A stretch of 64,000 bases of DNA from Vicinamibacteria bacterium (GTDB taxonomy: Bacteria > Acidobacteriota > Vicinamibacteria > Vicinamibacterales > JAENWD01), in contig CAVOPA010000003.1 in the NCBI GenBank assembly GCA_963697705.1, forward strand, positions 832,176-896,175. The letters run 5' to 3'. Positions 1 through 9,767 of the stretch are shown in pieces; within the stretch, counting starts at the first letter, position 1; each line of letters begins with the position of its first letter. The translations under genes were made by a program, and so were the position numbers. Below the pieces are notes generated by a model. The model ran no database searches. It saw only the letters and a list, made by a program, of their open reading frames with translations, and was not told where the DNA came from.

Positions 1-828
1 CTGTTCGACGCGAGCCTGGGCCCGCTCGACCGGCTGCCCGTGATCGCCGGCCTGGCCCTGCTGTCGCTCGTCACCGCGGCCGCCGTTCTCCTGGCGTTCA
101 AGTGGACCGCCGATCAGCGGGCGCTGGTCGCTGCCAAACGAGCGATGCAGGCGGCCATCTTCGAGATGCGGCTGTTCAACGACGACATCGTCGCGCTGTT
201 TCGCGCACAGGGCGACGTGTTGCGCCACACGCTCCACTATCTGCGGCTGTCACTCGCGCCGACGCTGTGGCTGATCGTGCCCATGCTGGCGCTGATGCTG
301 CACATGGAGTTCCGCTACGGCTATACGGGGCTGACGATCGGGGTACCCGTTCTGGTAAAGCTTCGGCTTGGAGACGCCATTCAAGGCCGGGAGATGGGCG
401 CGCGCGAGACAGCGCCGGAGACCCGCGCAGTCCCGGTGTTGGAGGCTCCCGATGGCGTGAGCGTCGAGACGCCGGCGGTGTCGTTGCCGTCCGACCGTGA
501 GATTGCGTGGCGAGTCAGGCCCCGGGCCGGCGGCTCGTATCAACTGCGCGTGCACGTGGCCGGCACCGTGCTCACCAAGACGCTGGTGGTGTCTGATGGC
601 GTGGCACGTCGATCGCCGGTGCGGCCCGACGCCGGGCTGCTCAATCAGCTGCGGTATCCATCCGAGACGCCACTGCCGGGCGGTTCGGGCCTGGCGGCAA
701 TCACGATCGCGTATCCCGAACGCCCCTTCTCCGTCGCCGGCTGGGACATCGGCTGGTCGGGCGTCTACCTGGCCCTCACGCTCGTGTTTGCGCTGGTCCT
801 CAAGCGACCGCTCGGCGTAGCGATGTAG
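1..828 (+). CDS. Membrane protein of unknown function, 5' end outside window
   Basis: Frame 1 is open from base 1 (LFDASLGPLDRLP precedes the GTG at 40). Hydrophobic helices IAGLALLSLVTAAAVLLAF, TLWLIVPMLALML and the C-terminal WSGVYLALTLVFALVL. No family recognised. Confidence 0.5.
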   Translation: MFDASLGPLDRLPVIAGLALLSLVTAAAVLLAFKWTADQRALVAAKRAMQAAIFEMRLFNDDIVALFRAQGDVLRHTLHYLRLSLAPTLWLIVPMLALMLHMEFRYGYTGLTIGVPVLVKLRLGDAIQGREMGARETAPETRAVPVLEAPDGVSVETPAVSLPSDREIAWRVRPRAGGSYQLRVHVAGTVLTKTLVVSDGVARRSPVRPDAGLLNQLRYPSETPLPGGSGLAAITIAYPERPFSVAGWDIGWSGVYLALTLVFALVLKRPLGVAM

Positions 829-970
829 GCAGGCTCATCGCTGACTGCCGACAGCGTCCGTCTATGTACGCTCGCTCCGATGCTTCAGGATCCGGCCTGA
901 GTGCGGCTGTGCGTCGTCGAGCCGTTGGCACGCTGAGCTGGTCTCGCACCCTCGTGTATGCTCGATTCAG

Positions 971-2485
971 ATGAAGACTGCGTGCACAGTCGGCCTGCTC
1001 GTCCTCGGCCTGGCAGGAACCCCGCATGGCGTCACCGCGCAGGCGACCGGCGACTCAGCTGAATCCCGAGCGGCGCAGGGCTCCGCTGCCATGCAGGCCG
1101 GCGATTACGCGGCCGCCGCCGAGATCTATGCGGAGCTCGCCAGGGAGCGGCCGAAGGACGCAGGCCTGCTGATGAACCTCGGGATGGCGCATTACATGGG
1201 CGGGCAGGCGCCTCTCGCGATCGCACCGCTGCAGCGAGCCGCGGCGCTGCAACCCTCGCTGGCGCCGGTCGCGCTCTTCCTCGGCGCATCCCTCCTGGAG
1301 GTGGGACGTGTGAAGGAAGCCGTTCCGCCGCTGCAGCAAGCGGTGACCGCCATGCCGGAGAACGCCCAGGCGCGCGAGATGCTGGCACGGGCGAAGCTGA
1401 CCCTCGGCGACTCCGCCAGTGCCGCCGTCCACTACCGCACGCTGACGACGCTCGATGGCCAGAATCCAAAGGCGTGGTACGGATTGGCCCGCAGCTACCA
1501 GGGCATTGCTGAAGAGGCGTTCAGCGCGTTGCAGCAGCAGGCACCCGACTCGCCGCTGCTAGAGCTGATCGTTGCGGAGGTCGCCGCGACGGGAGAGAAG
1601 TTCGCGGCCGCCCTTGCGATCTACCGCCGCGTGCTCGAAGGCACCCCGCCGGTCGGCGGTCTGCACGAATCGATTGCGGAATTGTATGACCGTGCCGAGA
1701 AGCCTGAGTGGGCGGCCGCAGAGCTCCAGAAAGCGCCGCCACGCACCCCGGCGACCTGCGCCACCAGGCCGGCCGAATGCCTCTTCCTGGACGGGAAGTT
1801 TCGGGAGGCGCTGCTCGCGGCGCGCAAGGTGAAATCGCCAGTCGGGCTGTACTGGACGATCCGCGCGGCAAACCGGCTGGCGACCGAATCGGTCGCCGCG
1901 CTCGAGGCGTTGCCGCCATCACTCGAACTGCACCTGATCCGAGCGGAGATCGCGCAGGCACAGGGCCGACGCCAGGACGCGGTCACGGCCGTCCGGGCCG
2001 CGCTCGCGCTTGCTCCGGGAGATCCATCAGTGGAGGCGGCGCTCGCCGAGGCGCTGGTGCGAGCCAACGATCCAGGCGAGGCCATCCCGCTGCTCGAGCG
2101 GCTCACGCGGGAGCATCCGGACAACGGCTCGCTGTTGTTCATGTACGGCGACGCGCTGCTCCTGTCCCAGCGGATCGACGAGGCGATCCTGGTGCTCGAG
2201 CGGGCCGTGAAGGCCGATCCGCAGGCGCTCGCCGCACAGGCGTCGCTCGGGCGCGCGTACGTGCTCGCCGGCAAGTTCGAGGCGGCGCTGCCCCACCTCG
2301 AGGCTGCCGCACCGCAAGACGAGGACGGCGACGTGCATTACCAGCTGGCACGGGCCTATCAGGCATTGCAGCGCGCGGACGCGGCGAAGACGGCGATGGC
2401 GGAGTACCAGAGACTCCACGACATGAACGCGCCGGAGGAACCCGCCGGCGGTGCCGCAGACGCCGTGCTGACGCCACCCGAGTAG
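971..2485 (+). CDS. Secreted TPR-repeat protein
   Basis: Signal-like N-terminus MKTACTVGLLVLGLAGTPHGVTAQA, followed by repeated ~34-aa TPR-like units (AGDYAAAAEIYAELARERPKDAGLLMNLGMAHY ... YQALQRADAAKTAMAEYQRL). Confidence 0.8.
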   Translation: MKTACTVGLLVLGLAGTPHGVTAQATGDSAESRAAQGSAAMQAGDYAAAAEIYAELARERPKDAGLLMNLGMAHYMGGQAPLAIAPLQRAAALQPSLAPVALFLGASLLEVGRVKEAVPPLQQAVTAMPENAQAREMLARAKLTLGDSASAAVHYRTLTTLDGQNPKAWYGLARSYQGIAEEAFSALQQQAPDSPLLELIVAEVAATGEKFAAALAIYRRVLEGTPPVGGLHESIAELYDRAEKPEWAAAELQKAPPRTPATCATRPAECLFLDGKFREALLAARKVKSPVGLYWTIRAANRLATESVAALEALPPSLELHLIRAEIAQAQGRRQDAVTAVRAALALAPGDPSVEAALAEALVRANDPGEAIPLLERLTREHPDNGSLLFMYGDALLLSQRIDEAILVLERAVKADPQALAAQASLGRAYVLAGKFEAALPHLEAAAPQDEDGDVHYQLARAYQALQRADAAKTAMAEYQRLHDMNAPEEPAGGAADAVLTPPE

Positions 2486-2525
2486 AACGCACATCGGACC
2501 GGCTGCCGCGAGTGCAGCCAGGCCT

Positions 2526-4211
2526 CTACTTCTTCGGTTCGGTCACCGTCAGCACCTGGCTCGCCGCGACGTTCTCGAGCGTCTGCTTGATACCGCTCGG
2601 CCATGTGATCTCGATGTGCTCGATCGCTTTTGCGCCACCGAGCCCGAAGTGCACGCCGTAGTCGCTCGACGACGCATAGCCGACAGCCGTGGTCATGTGG
2701 TTCCACTGCGTCCCGAGGTGCACCCGCGCGCCGAGCCCGCCGCGGTTGCTCGACTGGCCTGACAGACGCAGCACAATCCACGTGTTCTGGTGCTCGCTCA
2801 CGTTGTGCAGCAGCAGCGGCTGCTCGCCGAGCACGCTGACGACGACGTCGAGCCGGCCATCGTTGTCGAAATCGCCAACGCCGACGCCCCGGTTTGCCCG
2901 CGCCACGCTGAAGTCGGCACCCGCCTGGGCCGAGACGTCCTGGAACTTGCCGTCGACGTTTCTGAAGACGGCGTTGCGTTGCCGGTACGTCGCCGACTCG
3001 AACTCCTCGATTCGATCGTTGGCGTGCGAGTTCGCCGTCACGAGATCCTTGAATCCATCGTTGTCGAAATCCGCGAGCGCGTTGCCCCATCCGCTCATGC
3101 GGATGCTGGCCGCGCCGAGCCCGCTCGCGTAGGTCACGTCACGGAAGAAGCTGCCGTTCTCGTTCTTGAAGAGCGGAAACGTCTCGCCCGTGAGCGCCGT
3201 CACGTTGAGGTCGGGCCGGCCATCGTTGTCGTAATCCCTGAAGTCCACGCCCATGCTCGAGATCGGCCGGCCATGCGCAGGCACCGCCACGCCCGCGAGC
3301 AGCCCCACCTCCTCGAACGTACCGTTACCGCGGTTGTGAAAGAGAAAGTCGGGGATCGCGTCGTTCGTGACGAACACATCGGTGAACCCGTCGCCATCGT
3401 AGTCGGCGAACGCGACGCTCATCCCCTTGCCGGTGTGCGCGGCGATCCCGGAGGTCTCCGATACATCCTCGAACGTGCCATCGTGCCGGTTCCGGAATAG
3501 CGCGTTCGGCAGGCCCTTGTACTGCCGCGGGTGGCAGTAGACGCGGAGACCGCGGGCGCGGTCGCCGCAGAACTTGTTGCCCTCGGGCGTCCAGTCCACG
3601 TAGTTGACGACGAAGAGATCGAGCCATCCGTCGTTGTCGTAGTCGAACCACCCCGCCGCGACCGACCAGGTGAAGTTCTTGATCCCTGCCTTCGCAGTGA
3701 TGTCCTCGAACCGGCCATCGCCCAGATTGCGGAACAACTGATTGCGCTGCACGCCGGCGACGAACAGATCGACGCGGCCGTCGTTGTCGAAGTCGGCTGC
3801 CGCTGCGCCGGTCGTGTATCCCTCCGCCTTCACGCCGGCGCGCTCGGTCACGTCGGTGAACTTCAGACCGCCATCGTTGTGAAACAGGCGATTCCACTCA
3901 CCCGGGCTCTCCTTCCGGAGCGACGGAATCGAGCCGCCGTTGGTGAAGTAGAGGTCAGGCAGGCCGTCGCCGTCGTAATCGAACACCGCGACGCCCCCGG
4001 CCATCGTCTCGACCATGTTCTTCTCGGGCGTGGCATGCTGGTCGAGCACGAAGGTCAGGCCGGACGACGCGGAGACATTCTCGAACTGAATCGAACCAGG
4101 GGCCGCCGGCGTCTGCCGCGCGGCCGCCGCCTGCACGGCGAGCACGATCGCGACGAGCGCAACGCATCCCGTGGAGCCGAACCGCACCCGAATCGGTCTC
4201 GAATCGAACAT
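2526..4211 (-). CDS. CRTAC1-family protein (FG-GAP/VCBS repeats plus ASPIC/UnbV C-terminal domain)
   Basis: Seven Ca-binding-like repeats (DYDGDGLPDLYF, DFDNDGRVDLFV, DYDNDGWLDLFV, DYDGDGFTDVFV, DYDNDGRPDLNV, DFDNDGFKDLV, DFDNDGRLDVVV). UnbV-like tail GARVHLGTQWNHMTTAVGYASSSDYGVHFGLG. Start placed at MFDSRPIRV... before a hydrophobic signal; the track ORF runs on to 4307 through a repeat arm. Confidence 0.85.
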   Translation of the reverse strand: MFDSRPIRVRFGSTGCVALVAIVLAVQAAAARQTPAAPGSIQFENVSASSGLTFVLDQHATPEKNMVETMAGGVAVFDYDGDGLPDLYFTNGGSIPSLRKESPGEWNRLFHNDGGLKFTDVTERAGVKAEGYTTGAAAADFDNDGRVDLFVAGVQRNQLFRNLGDGRFEDITAKAGIKNFTWSVAAGWFDYDNDGWLDLFVVNYVDWTPEGNKFCGDRARGLRVYCHPRQYKGLPNALFRNRHDGTFEDVSETSGIAAHTGKGMSVAFADYDGDGFTDVFVTNDAIPDFLFHNRGNGTFEEVGLLAGVAVPAHGRPISSMGVDFRDYDNDGRPDLNVTALTGETFPLFKNENGSFFRDVTYASGLGAASIRMSGWGNALADFDNDGFKDLVTANSHANDRIEEFESATYRQRNAVFRNVDGKFQDVSAQAGADFSVARANRGVGVGDFDNDGRLDVVVSVLGEQPLLLHNVSEHQNTWIVLRLSGQSSNRGGLGARVHLGTQWNHMTTAVGYASSSDYGVHFGLGGAKAIEHIEITWPSGIKQTLENVAASQVLTVTEPKK

Positions 4212-4277
4212 GTCCCACTCTGCCACAGGGACCATGCGCCGCCAAGCGGCCCCGGGCCGCCTACTGTGAGGCCCGCG

Positions 4278-4547
4278 GAATGCGAAATGCACAATGCAAA
4301 ATGACACCAGCCAGATGCGGGCAGGCGTCGGCGCTCGCGTCAGCGGCGCGGCTTCCGGCGTTCAGCCGCTTGGCGTGAACCGCTGCGCTTAACGCCACGC
4401 CAGACGCAGCCCCTCAGCCAACCGAGCACGGTCCGTTCCCTCCGGCCGGCGCGCGAGTCCAGAGCCGTCGCCCGCCGCCAAGGCCTACCGCCAGCCGCCA
4501 GCCGCCAGCCGCCAGCCGCCAGCCGCCTGTGCATTGTGCATTACACG
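4278..4547. repeat. Word palindrome, ATGCACA-type arms around a ~220-nt core
   Basis: Left gaatgcgaaatgcacaatgcaaaatgaca (4278-4306). Right tgtgcattgtgcattacacg (4528-4547). tgcacaatgca and tgcattgtgca are exact reverse complements. The core ends in (CCGCCAG) x5.7 at 4488-4527. Confidence 0.7.
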
Positions 4548-4565
4548 CGTTAGTACAATCCCGCC

Positions 4566-7250
4566 ATGCTGTGCGCCCCTGCTGTGGTTCGCGCGTGCGC
4601 CTGCGCCGCGGCGATCGGGTCCCTGTGTGTGCTGGCGCGCGGGCAATCGGTGCCTCCGTCTGGAGACGTTCTGGACGGGTCTGCGACTCGAACCTGGGAG
4701 CGCCTCCTGAAGCTGCGCACCACAGCGAGCCTCCTGCACACCACCGCGCACCCGGACGATGAGCAGGGCGCGATGCTGGCACGGGTGAGCCGCCGCGACG
4801 GGGCGCGCACGGCGCTACTGACCCTCAATCGTGGCGAGGCCGGCGACAACGCACTCGGGCCCGAGCTGTTCGACGGCCTCGGGCTGATCCGGACAGCCGA
4901 GCTCGTGGCTGCCGGACGGTATTACGGGGTCGACGAGCAGTACTTCACGGCCGTTGCCGACTACGGCTTCTCGAAGCGGCTGGACGAAGCGCTGGAGCAC
5001 TGGGATCGCGCCGACGTGCTTCGCGACATGGTTCGCGTCATCCGCCGCACGCGTCCGCTCGTCGTCGTGTCGCGCTGGCAGGGCAACGAGCGCGATGGAC
5101 ACGGGCAGCACCAGGCAGCGGGCGCGCTCACGCCAGACGCGGTGCGACTGGCGGGCGACCCGTCAGCGTACCCGGAGCTGCAAAACGAAGGTCTCCGGCC
5201 ATGGGCGGTTCGGAAGCTGTTCGTCGGCGGCGTGCGCGAGGCGGAACCGTGGAACGTGCGCCTCGACACCAACGCGTACGATCCGGCGCTTGGCGCGTCG
5301 TACAGCCTGCTCGGACGCCTTGGCCTGAGCATGCAGCGGTCGCAGACGAGCGGGCGTTTCGATCCGTATGCCGCTGGCCAACCGCTCTTCTATCGGCGCG
5401 TGCGGCCCGACGTGGCGCCCGAGCACGAAGACGGATTTTTCCAGGGCCTCGACATCAGCCTGCCAGGTCTGTACGCGCTGCTCGGCGTGCCAGCGCCTGC
5501 CGGGCACGTGGCCGCGCTCGAAGCCATCGCTCGGGAGGTCGAGGCGGCACCCGCGGCCTTCGCGATCACCGATCCGTCCGCGTGCGTTCCGCCGCTCGCG
5601 CGCGGCCTGGCCGCCGTCCGCCACCTTCGCGATGCCACGGCGGATCCGGACGCCCGGTTCATCCTCGAGATCAAGGCACGCCAACTGGAAGAGGCACTCG
5701 TCTCCGCTGCCGGTCTGGAGCTCGTGGCGATGGCGGAGCCGCCACGTTCGGCGGGCGATGCACCGAGCCCGTTTGCGCAGCCACCGACGCTCGGGCCCGT
5801 AACGCCAGGGCAAACGGTGAGTGTTCGCGTCGTCGCCACGAACCGCGGACTCGGGGAACTCTCGGTATTACGGCTGGCGGTCACGCATCCCGGCGGGACG
5901 CTGATGACCGACGTACCGGCCGATGTCGCAGCGCTTCATCCGATGGAGCCGCGCGTGCACATGTTCGCCGTCACCATTCCCACGGATGCGCCGCCTACGC
6001 GCCCGTACTTCACGCGTGCATCCCCTGAGGACACGCGTTACGAGCTGCGCGACGCGTCCATGGCGGGACGCGCGGAGGCGCCGCCTCCGTTCACCGCATC
6101 TGCCGACGTGCGGATCAGTGGCGTGCCGCTGACGCTGAGGGTGCCCGTCATGCGGCGTGAGGCGGACCTGCCGTTCGGATACGAGCTCTATCCGCTCGAG
6201 ATCCTGCCGGCGGTCAGCGTCTCACTGCTCCCGCGGTCCGGGATCCTGGTGCGCGGTTCGGGGGGCGCGATCAGTATCGAGGCGCGCGTCACCAATCACG
6301 CGGCGCAGCCAACCGCGGGTACCGTCGCGCTCACGTTGCCCACCGGCTGGACGTCGTCTCCCGAGCGTGAGCCATTCTCGCTTGCAGCGGCTGGCGCAAG
6401 CCACTCGACGGTGTTCACGGTGCGGGTGCCTTCGCTTGCCGCAGAGGCACAGGCCGTCTCCGCGGCTGTCACGGTCGGCGGCCGCGTCTACACGAGTGAC
6501 ATAGAGGCGATCCGGCATCGCGACCTGCCGGTTCAGTACGTGTATCGCGAAGCCCGCACGGTCGTGCGGGGTGTGGATGTGTCGGTCGTACCCGGATTGA
6601 ACGTCGGCTACGTCATGGGCGTGGGCGATGAGGTGCCAGCGGCGATCACACAGCTCGGCGCGACGGTTCACCTGCTGAGCGACGTGGAGCTGGCATCGGG
6701 CGATCTGGCGCGCTTCGATACGATCATCACAGGCACCCGGGCCTACGCCGTGCGTGCCGATCTCCACGCCCACAACGACCGGCTGCTGGCCTTTGTGAAG
6801 GCCGGGGGCAACCTCGTCGTGCTGTACAACACGCCCGAGTTCACGCCGGCAACGCTGGCGCCCTTCCCGGCATCGCTGCCGGACGATGCGGAGGAAGTGT
6901 GCGAGGAAGGAGCTGCCGTCGAGATCCTGACCCAAGCAGACCCGTTGCTGCTGCGGCCGAACCGGATTGGACCCTCTGATTTTGCCGGCTGGATCGAGCA
7001 GCGCGGCTCGAAGTTCTTTGCCACCTGGGACGCGCAGTACACGCCTCTGCTCTCAACCCACGATCGCGGCCAACCGCCGCAACGAGGCGGCATGCTGCAC
7101 GCGCGGTACGGGAAAGGGCACTACACGTACATGGCGTACGCGCTCCACCGGCAACTGCCGGCCGGTGTGCCCGGGGCTTACCGGCTGCTCGCTAATCTAA
7201 TCTCTTTGGGACGGAGCGACGACCCCGGTGCTTCCGGGCGGCGGCCGTGA
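4566..7250 (+). CDS. PIG-L/LmbE-family deacetylase, long form with C-terminal GATase1/ThuA-like module
   Basis: LmbE signature LHTTAHPDDEQGAMLARVS...LTLNRGEAGDN. C-terminal FDTIITGTRAY...AGGNLVVLYNTPEF. Signal-like N-terminus. Confidence 0.85.
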   Translation: MLCAPAVVRACACAAAIGSLCVLARGQSVPPSGDVLDGSATRTWERLLKLRTTASLLHTTAHPDDEQGAMLARVSRRDGARTALLTLNRGEAGDNALGPELFDGLGLIRTAELVAAGRYYGVDEQYFTAVADYGFSKRLDEALEHWDRADVLRDMVRVIRRTRPLVVVSRWQGNERDGHGQHQAAGALTPDAVRLAGDPSAYPELQNEGLRPWAVRKLFVGGVREAEPWNVRLDTNAYDPALGASYSLLGRLGLSMQRSQTSGRFDPYAAGQPLFYRRVRPDVAPEHEDGFFQGLDISLPGLYALLGVPAPAGHVAALEAIAREVEAAPAAFAITDPSACVPPLARGLAAVRHLRDATADPDARFILEIKARQLEEALVSAAGLELVAMAEPPRSAGDAPSPFAQPPTLGPVTPGQTVSVRVVATNRGLGELSVLRLAVTHPGGTLMTDVPADVAALHPMEPRVHMFAVTIPTDAPPTRPYFTRASPEDTRYELRDASMAGRAEAPPPFTASADVRISGVPLTLRVPVMRREADLPFGYELYPLEILPAVSVSLLPRSGILVRGSGGAISIEARVTNHAAQPTAGTVALTLPTGWTSSPEREPFSLAAAGASHSTVFTVRVPSLAAEAQAVSAAVTVGGRVYTSDIEAIRHRDLPVQYVYREARTVVRGVDVSVVPGLNVGYVMGVGDEVPAAITQLGATVHLLSDVELASGDLARFDTIITGTRAYAVRADLHAHNDRLLAFVKAGGNLVVLYNTPEFTPATLAPFPASLPDDAEEVCEEGAAVEILTQADPLLLRPNRIGPSDFAGWIEQRGSKFFATWDAQYTPLLSTHDRGQPPQRGGMLHARYGKGHYTYMAYALHRQLPAGVPGAYRLLANLISLGRSDDPGASGRRP

Positions 7251-7253
7251 CAG

Positions 7254-7400
7254 CCGGAATGCACGATGCACAATGCACAATGACAGACGCGGGCACCGTC
7301 CTCGACATGAACACCGCGTGTGGCCGTGTCGAGCATGGTCGTTAGCTTCAGTCGCATCCAGTCTGCCGGCCGTTGTGCATTGTGCCTTGTGCATTACTCG
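7254..7400. repeat. Word palindrome, ATGCACA-type, between convergent genes
   Basis: Left ccggaatgcacgatgcacaatgcacaatgacag (7254-7286). Right ccggccgttgtgcattgtgccttgtgcattactcg (7366-7400). Loop contains a nested hairpin ctcgaca (7301-7307) / tgtcgag (7327-7333). Confidence 0.8.
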
Positions 7401-7412
7401 AGCAAGGCCGTG

Positions 7413-8213
7413 TTACCGCTTTCGCCGAACCGTCTTCGCGGGCGGGGGCGGCGGGGCGGGCTTGTATTCCACCACCACCTGGCTGATCACCGCGACGGGC
7501 CGGCCAGGGGCGGTGTAGAGGGCGTCGCCATCCAGGCGCGACGTGGCGAGCTTCTCACCGAGGATGCTCACGCGGTCGATGTCGGCCGGAATGTCGATCA
7601 CGATCGACTCGACGCCCGTCGGCGCGACGGCCTTCACGCCCGCCGTCCCGCTCGCCCCGGGCGCCGAACTCGCGACGATACGGTCGAAGAGATCGGCTTC
7701 CTTCCGGAACTCACTCTGAATCACTGCCCGCGACAGCAGCGTGTTCTCCATGGTCAGGACGCCGACCGTGGCGGTGTAGCGCGTGTACGCGCGACCGGCC
7801 TTCTCCTGTTCGGCCGAGTAGGTGTGCCGGTTGTGCAGGTCGAAATAGATCGTCGCCGGCCCGGTGTGCTTCGGGAGTCGCACGATGATGCCGCCGCTCG
7901 GCTCGCGGCCGGAGAGCACATCGCAGAACGTGCGCCCGGTTCGCACACCAGTGCCGAGGGTCGCGTTGCACGAGATATCGGCTGGCTCGGTACGAAGGAC
8001 CTCGTGCGGCTTCGGCTTCGGTGGCAGCTTGCGGGTCTGGGCGAGCGCCGGTGACGCGCAGAGCACGATGGCGAGGCACACACACGCGGGCCGCGTGATG
8101 ACCCGATACGCGTCGGCAACAGGGCGGCGTGGCGCGGCGCACGATCCGGCGCCGAAAGCACGCTCGCGGTGCCGCCGATCGGCCGTGGCGGGGCCGGCGC
8201 GGGGGGGCTTCAC
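7413..8213 (-). CDS. Secreted hypothetical protein
   Basis: Coding-looking region after the signal [18 protein letters not shown]. Pro-rich basic tail [15 protein letters not shown]. The only in-frame start between the signal and folE is a GTG at 8213, which overlaps the folE stop as GTGA. The track ORF to 8603 overlaps folE and is rejected. Confidence 0.55.
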   Translation of the reverse strand: MKPPRAGPATADRRHRERAFGAGSCAAPRRPVADAYRVITRPACVCLAIVLCASPALAQTRKLPPKPKPHEVLRTEPADISCNATLGTGVRTGRTFCDVLSGREPSGGIIVRLPKHTGPATIYFDLHNRHTYSAEQEKAGRAYTRYTATVGVLTMENTLLSRAVIQSEFRKEADLFDRIVASSAPGASGTAGVKAVAPTGVESIVIDIPADIDRVSILGEKLATSRLDGDALYTAPGRPVAVISQVVVEYKPAPPPPPAKTVRRKR

Positions 8214-8812
8214 TCCGAGACGCACGTGAGGCTGGAGGCGATCGCGTCCGCGGCCGAGGGCACCGACTGCCGATGCCTGATCAGCTCGAGGAACTCGTTG
8301 CGGGTCCGGGCATTGTCGCGGAACGCGCCCAGCATCGCGCTCGTGACCGCAAACGAGTTCTGCTTCTCGACGCCGCGCATCGACATGCAGAGGTGCGTGC
8401 CTTCCATCACGACCGCGACGCCGAGCGGGTCGATCTTGTCGCGAATGACTTCGGCGATCTGGTGCGTCAGCCGCTCCTGCACCTGGAGGCGCCGCGCGAA
8501 CACGTCGACGAGGCGCGGAATCTTGCTGAGCCCGATGACACGCTTCTGCGGAATGTACGCGATGTGACATTTGCCGAAGAACGGCAGGAGGTGGTGCTCG
8601 CACAAGCTGTAGAAGTCTATGTCCTTGACGATCACCATCTCGCTGTAATCGACGGTGAACAGCGCGTTGTTGATGACCGCGTCCACGTCGGCACGGTATC
8701 CGCTTGTGAGGAACTGGAGCGCCTTCTCCACGCGCCGGGGCGTCGCCAGCAGCCCCTCCCGGCCAGGGTCCTCCCCCAGCTCCTCTAGCAGCTGGGTAAT
8801 CAGCTCTTGCAT
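8210..8812 (-). CDS. folE: GTP cyclohydrolase I
   Basis: Full-length match to type I FolE: [71 protein letters not shown]. Confidence 0.95.
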   Translation of the reverse strand: MQELITQLLEELGEDPGREGLLATPRRVEKALQFLTSGYRADVDAVINNALFTVDYSEMVIVKDIDFYSLCEHHLLPFFGKCHIAYIPQKRVIGLSKIPRLVDVFARRLQVQERLTHQIAEVIRDKIDPLGVAVVMEGTHLCMSMRGVEKQNSFAVTSAMLGAFRDNARTRNEFLELIRHRQSVPSAADAIASSLTCVSE

Positions 8813-8899
8813 CCCGTTATTGTACACAGCAAGCGAGGCGGCTCAGCGGGACGCTCGCCACCCTCGAACCCGCCGCATCGTCGCACTGTGCTTTGTGCC

Positions 8900-9766
8900 T
8901 TACGCATAGTCATAGAACCCCTTCCCCACCTTCTTGCCCACCCGCCCTGCCAGCACCATTCGCTTGAGCAGCGGCGGCGGCGCGTAAGCGGGCTCCCGGA
9001 ACTCCTCGAACATGATGTTCGCGATGTAGTAGGTGGTGTCGAGACCGACGAAATCCAGCAGCGTGAACGGGCCCATCGGGTAGCCGCACCCGAGCTTCAT
9101 GCCCTTGTCGATGTCGTCGAGGGTGCCGAGCCCGTTCTCGTAGGCGCGGATCGCGTCGAGCAGGTACGGCACGAGCAGTCGATTGACGATGAAGCCGGGC
9201 CGGTCGGGGGCGGTGATGGGTTCCTTCCCAAGCGACTGTGCGAACGCGAAAAGCGCCTCGTAGGTCGGCTCTGTCGTGCTCAAGCCGCGGACCACTTCGA
9301 CGAGCTTCATCAGGGGCACGGGATTGAAGAAGTGCAACCCGCCGAACCGGTCGGGGCGCGTCGTGGCGGCCGCAAGCTCGGTGATGCACAGAGACGAAGT
9401 GTTCGACACGATCAGCGTCCCGGCCCCGACGACTGCTTCGACGGCGGCGTAGGCCTGTCGCTTCGCATCCAGGTTTTCTACGATCGCCTCGATCACGAGA
9501 TCGCAGCCCGCGAGCGCGTCGAAGCTGGTAGCGCCAGACAGGTTCGCGAGCGTCGCATCGCGAGCCTCCTCCGTCACCTTCCCCTTCTGGACCCCCTCGT
9601 CGAGGAACTTGCGGACGCGGCCGAGACCCTTATCGAGTACGCCCTGGTCGACCTCACGCACAACGGTCCGGTAGCCGCTCTGTGCGCACACCTGCGCGAT
9701 GCCGGCCCCCATCAGGCCGCAGCCGAGAACTCCGACGGATTGATGGACATGGACGCTGTACCTCAC
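8900..9766 (-). CDS. 3-hydroxybutyryl-CoA / 3-hydroxyacyl-CoA dehydrogenase
   Basis: NAD fold VGVLGCGLMGAGIAQV, HFFNPVPLMKLVEVV, PGFIVNRLLVPYL, GYPMGPFTLLDFVGLD. Start set at the GTG (VRYSVHVHQS...). The track TTG at 9790 lies inside a repeat arm. Confidence 0.9.
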   Translation of the reverse strand: MRYSVHVHQSVGVLGCGLMGAGIAQVCAQSGYRTVVREVDQGVLDKGLGRVRKFLDEGVQKGKVTEEARDATLANLSGATSFDALAGCDLVIEAIVENLDAKRQAYAAVEAVVGAGTLIVSNTSSLCITELAAATTRPDRFGGLHFFNPVPLMKLVEVVRGLSTTEPTYEALFAFAQSLGKEPITAPDRPGFIVNRLLVPYLLDAIRAYENGLGTLDDIDKGMKLGCGYPMGPFTLLDFVGLDTTYYIANIMFEEFREPAYAPPPLLKRMVLAGRVGKKVGKGFYDYA

Positions 9767-9767
9767 G

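Noticed and set aside
2501-2519. Terminator hairpin between the convergent TPR and CRTAC1-like genes (GGCTGC-cgcgagt-GCAGCC)
   Set aside because: It has only a 6-bp stem and no U-tract, which is too weak to call as a feature. It could still function in a GC-rich organism.
8214-8603. N-terminal 130 aa of the 396-aa ORF 7413-8603
   Set aside because: It overlaps folE out of frame on the same strand and is Arg/Pro-rich nonsense. A GTG at 8213, coupled to the folE stop, precedes the signal peptide.
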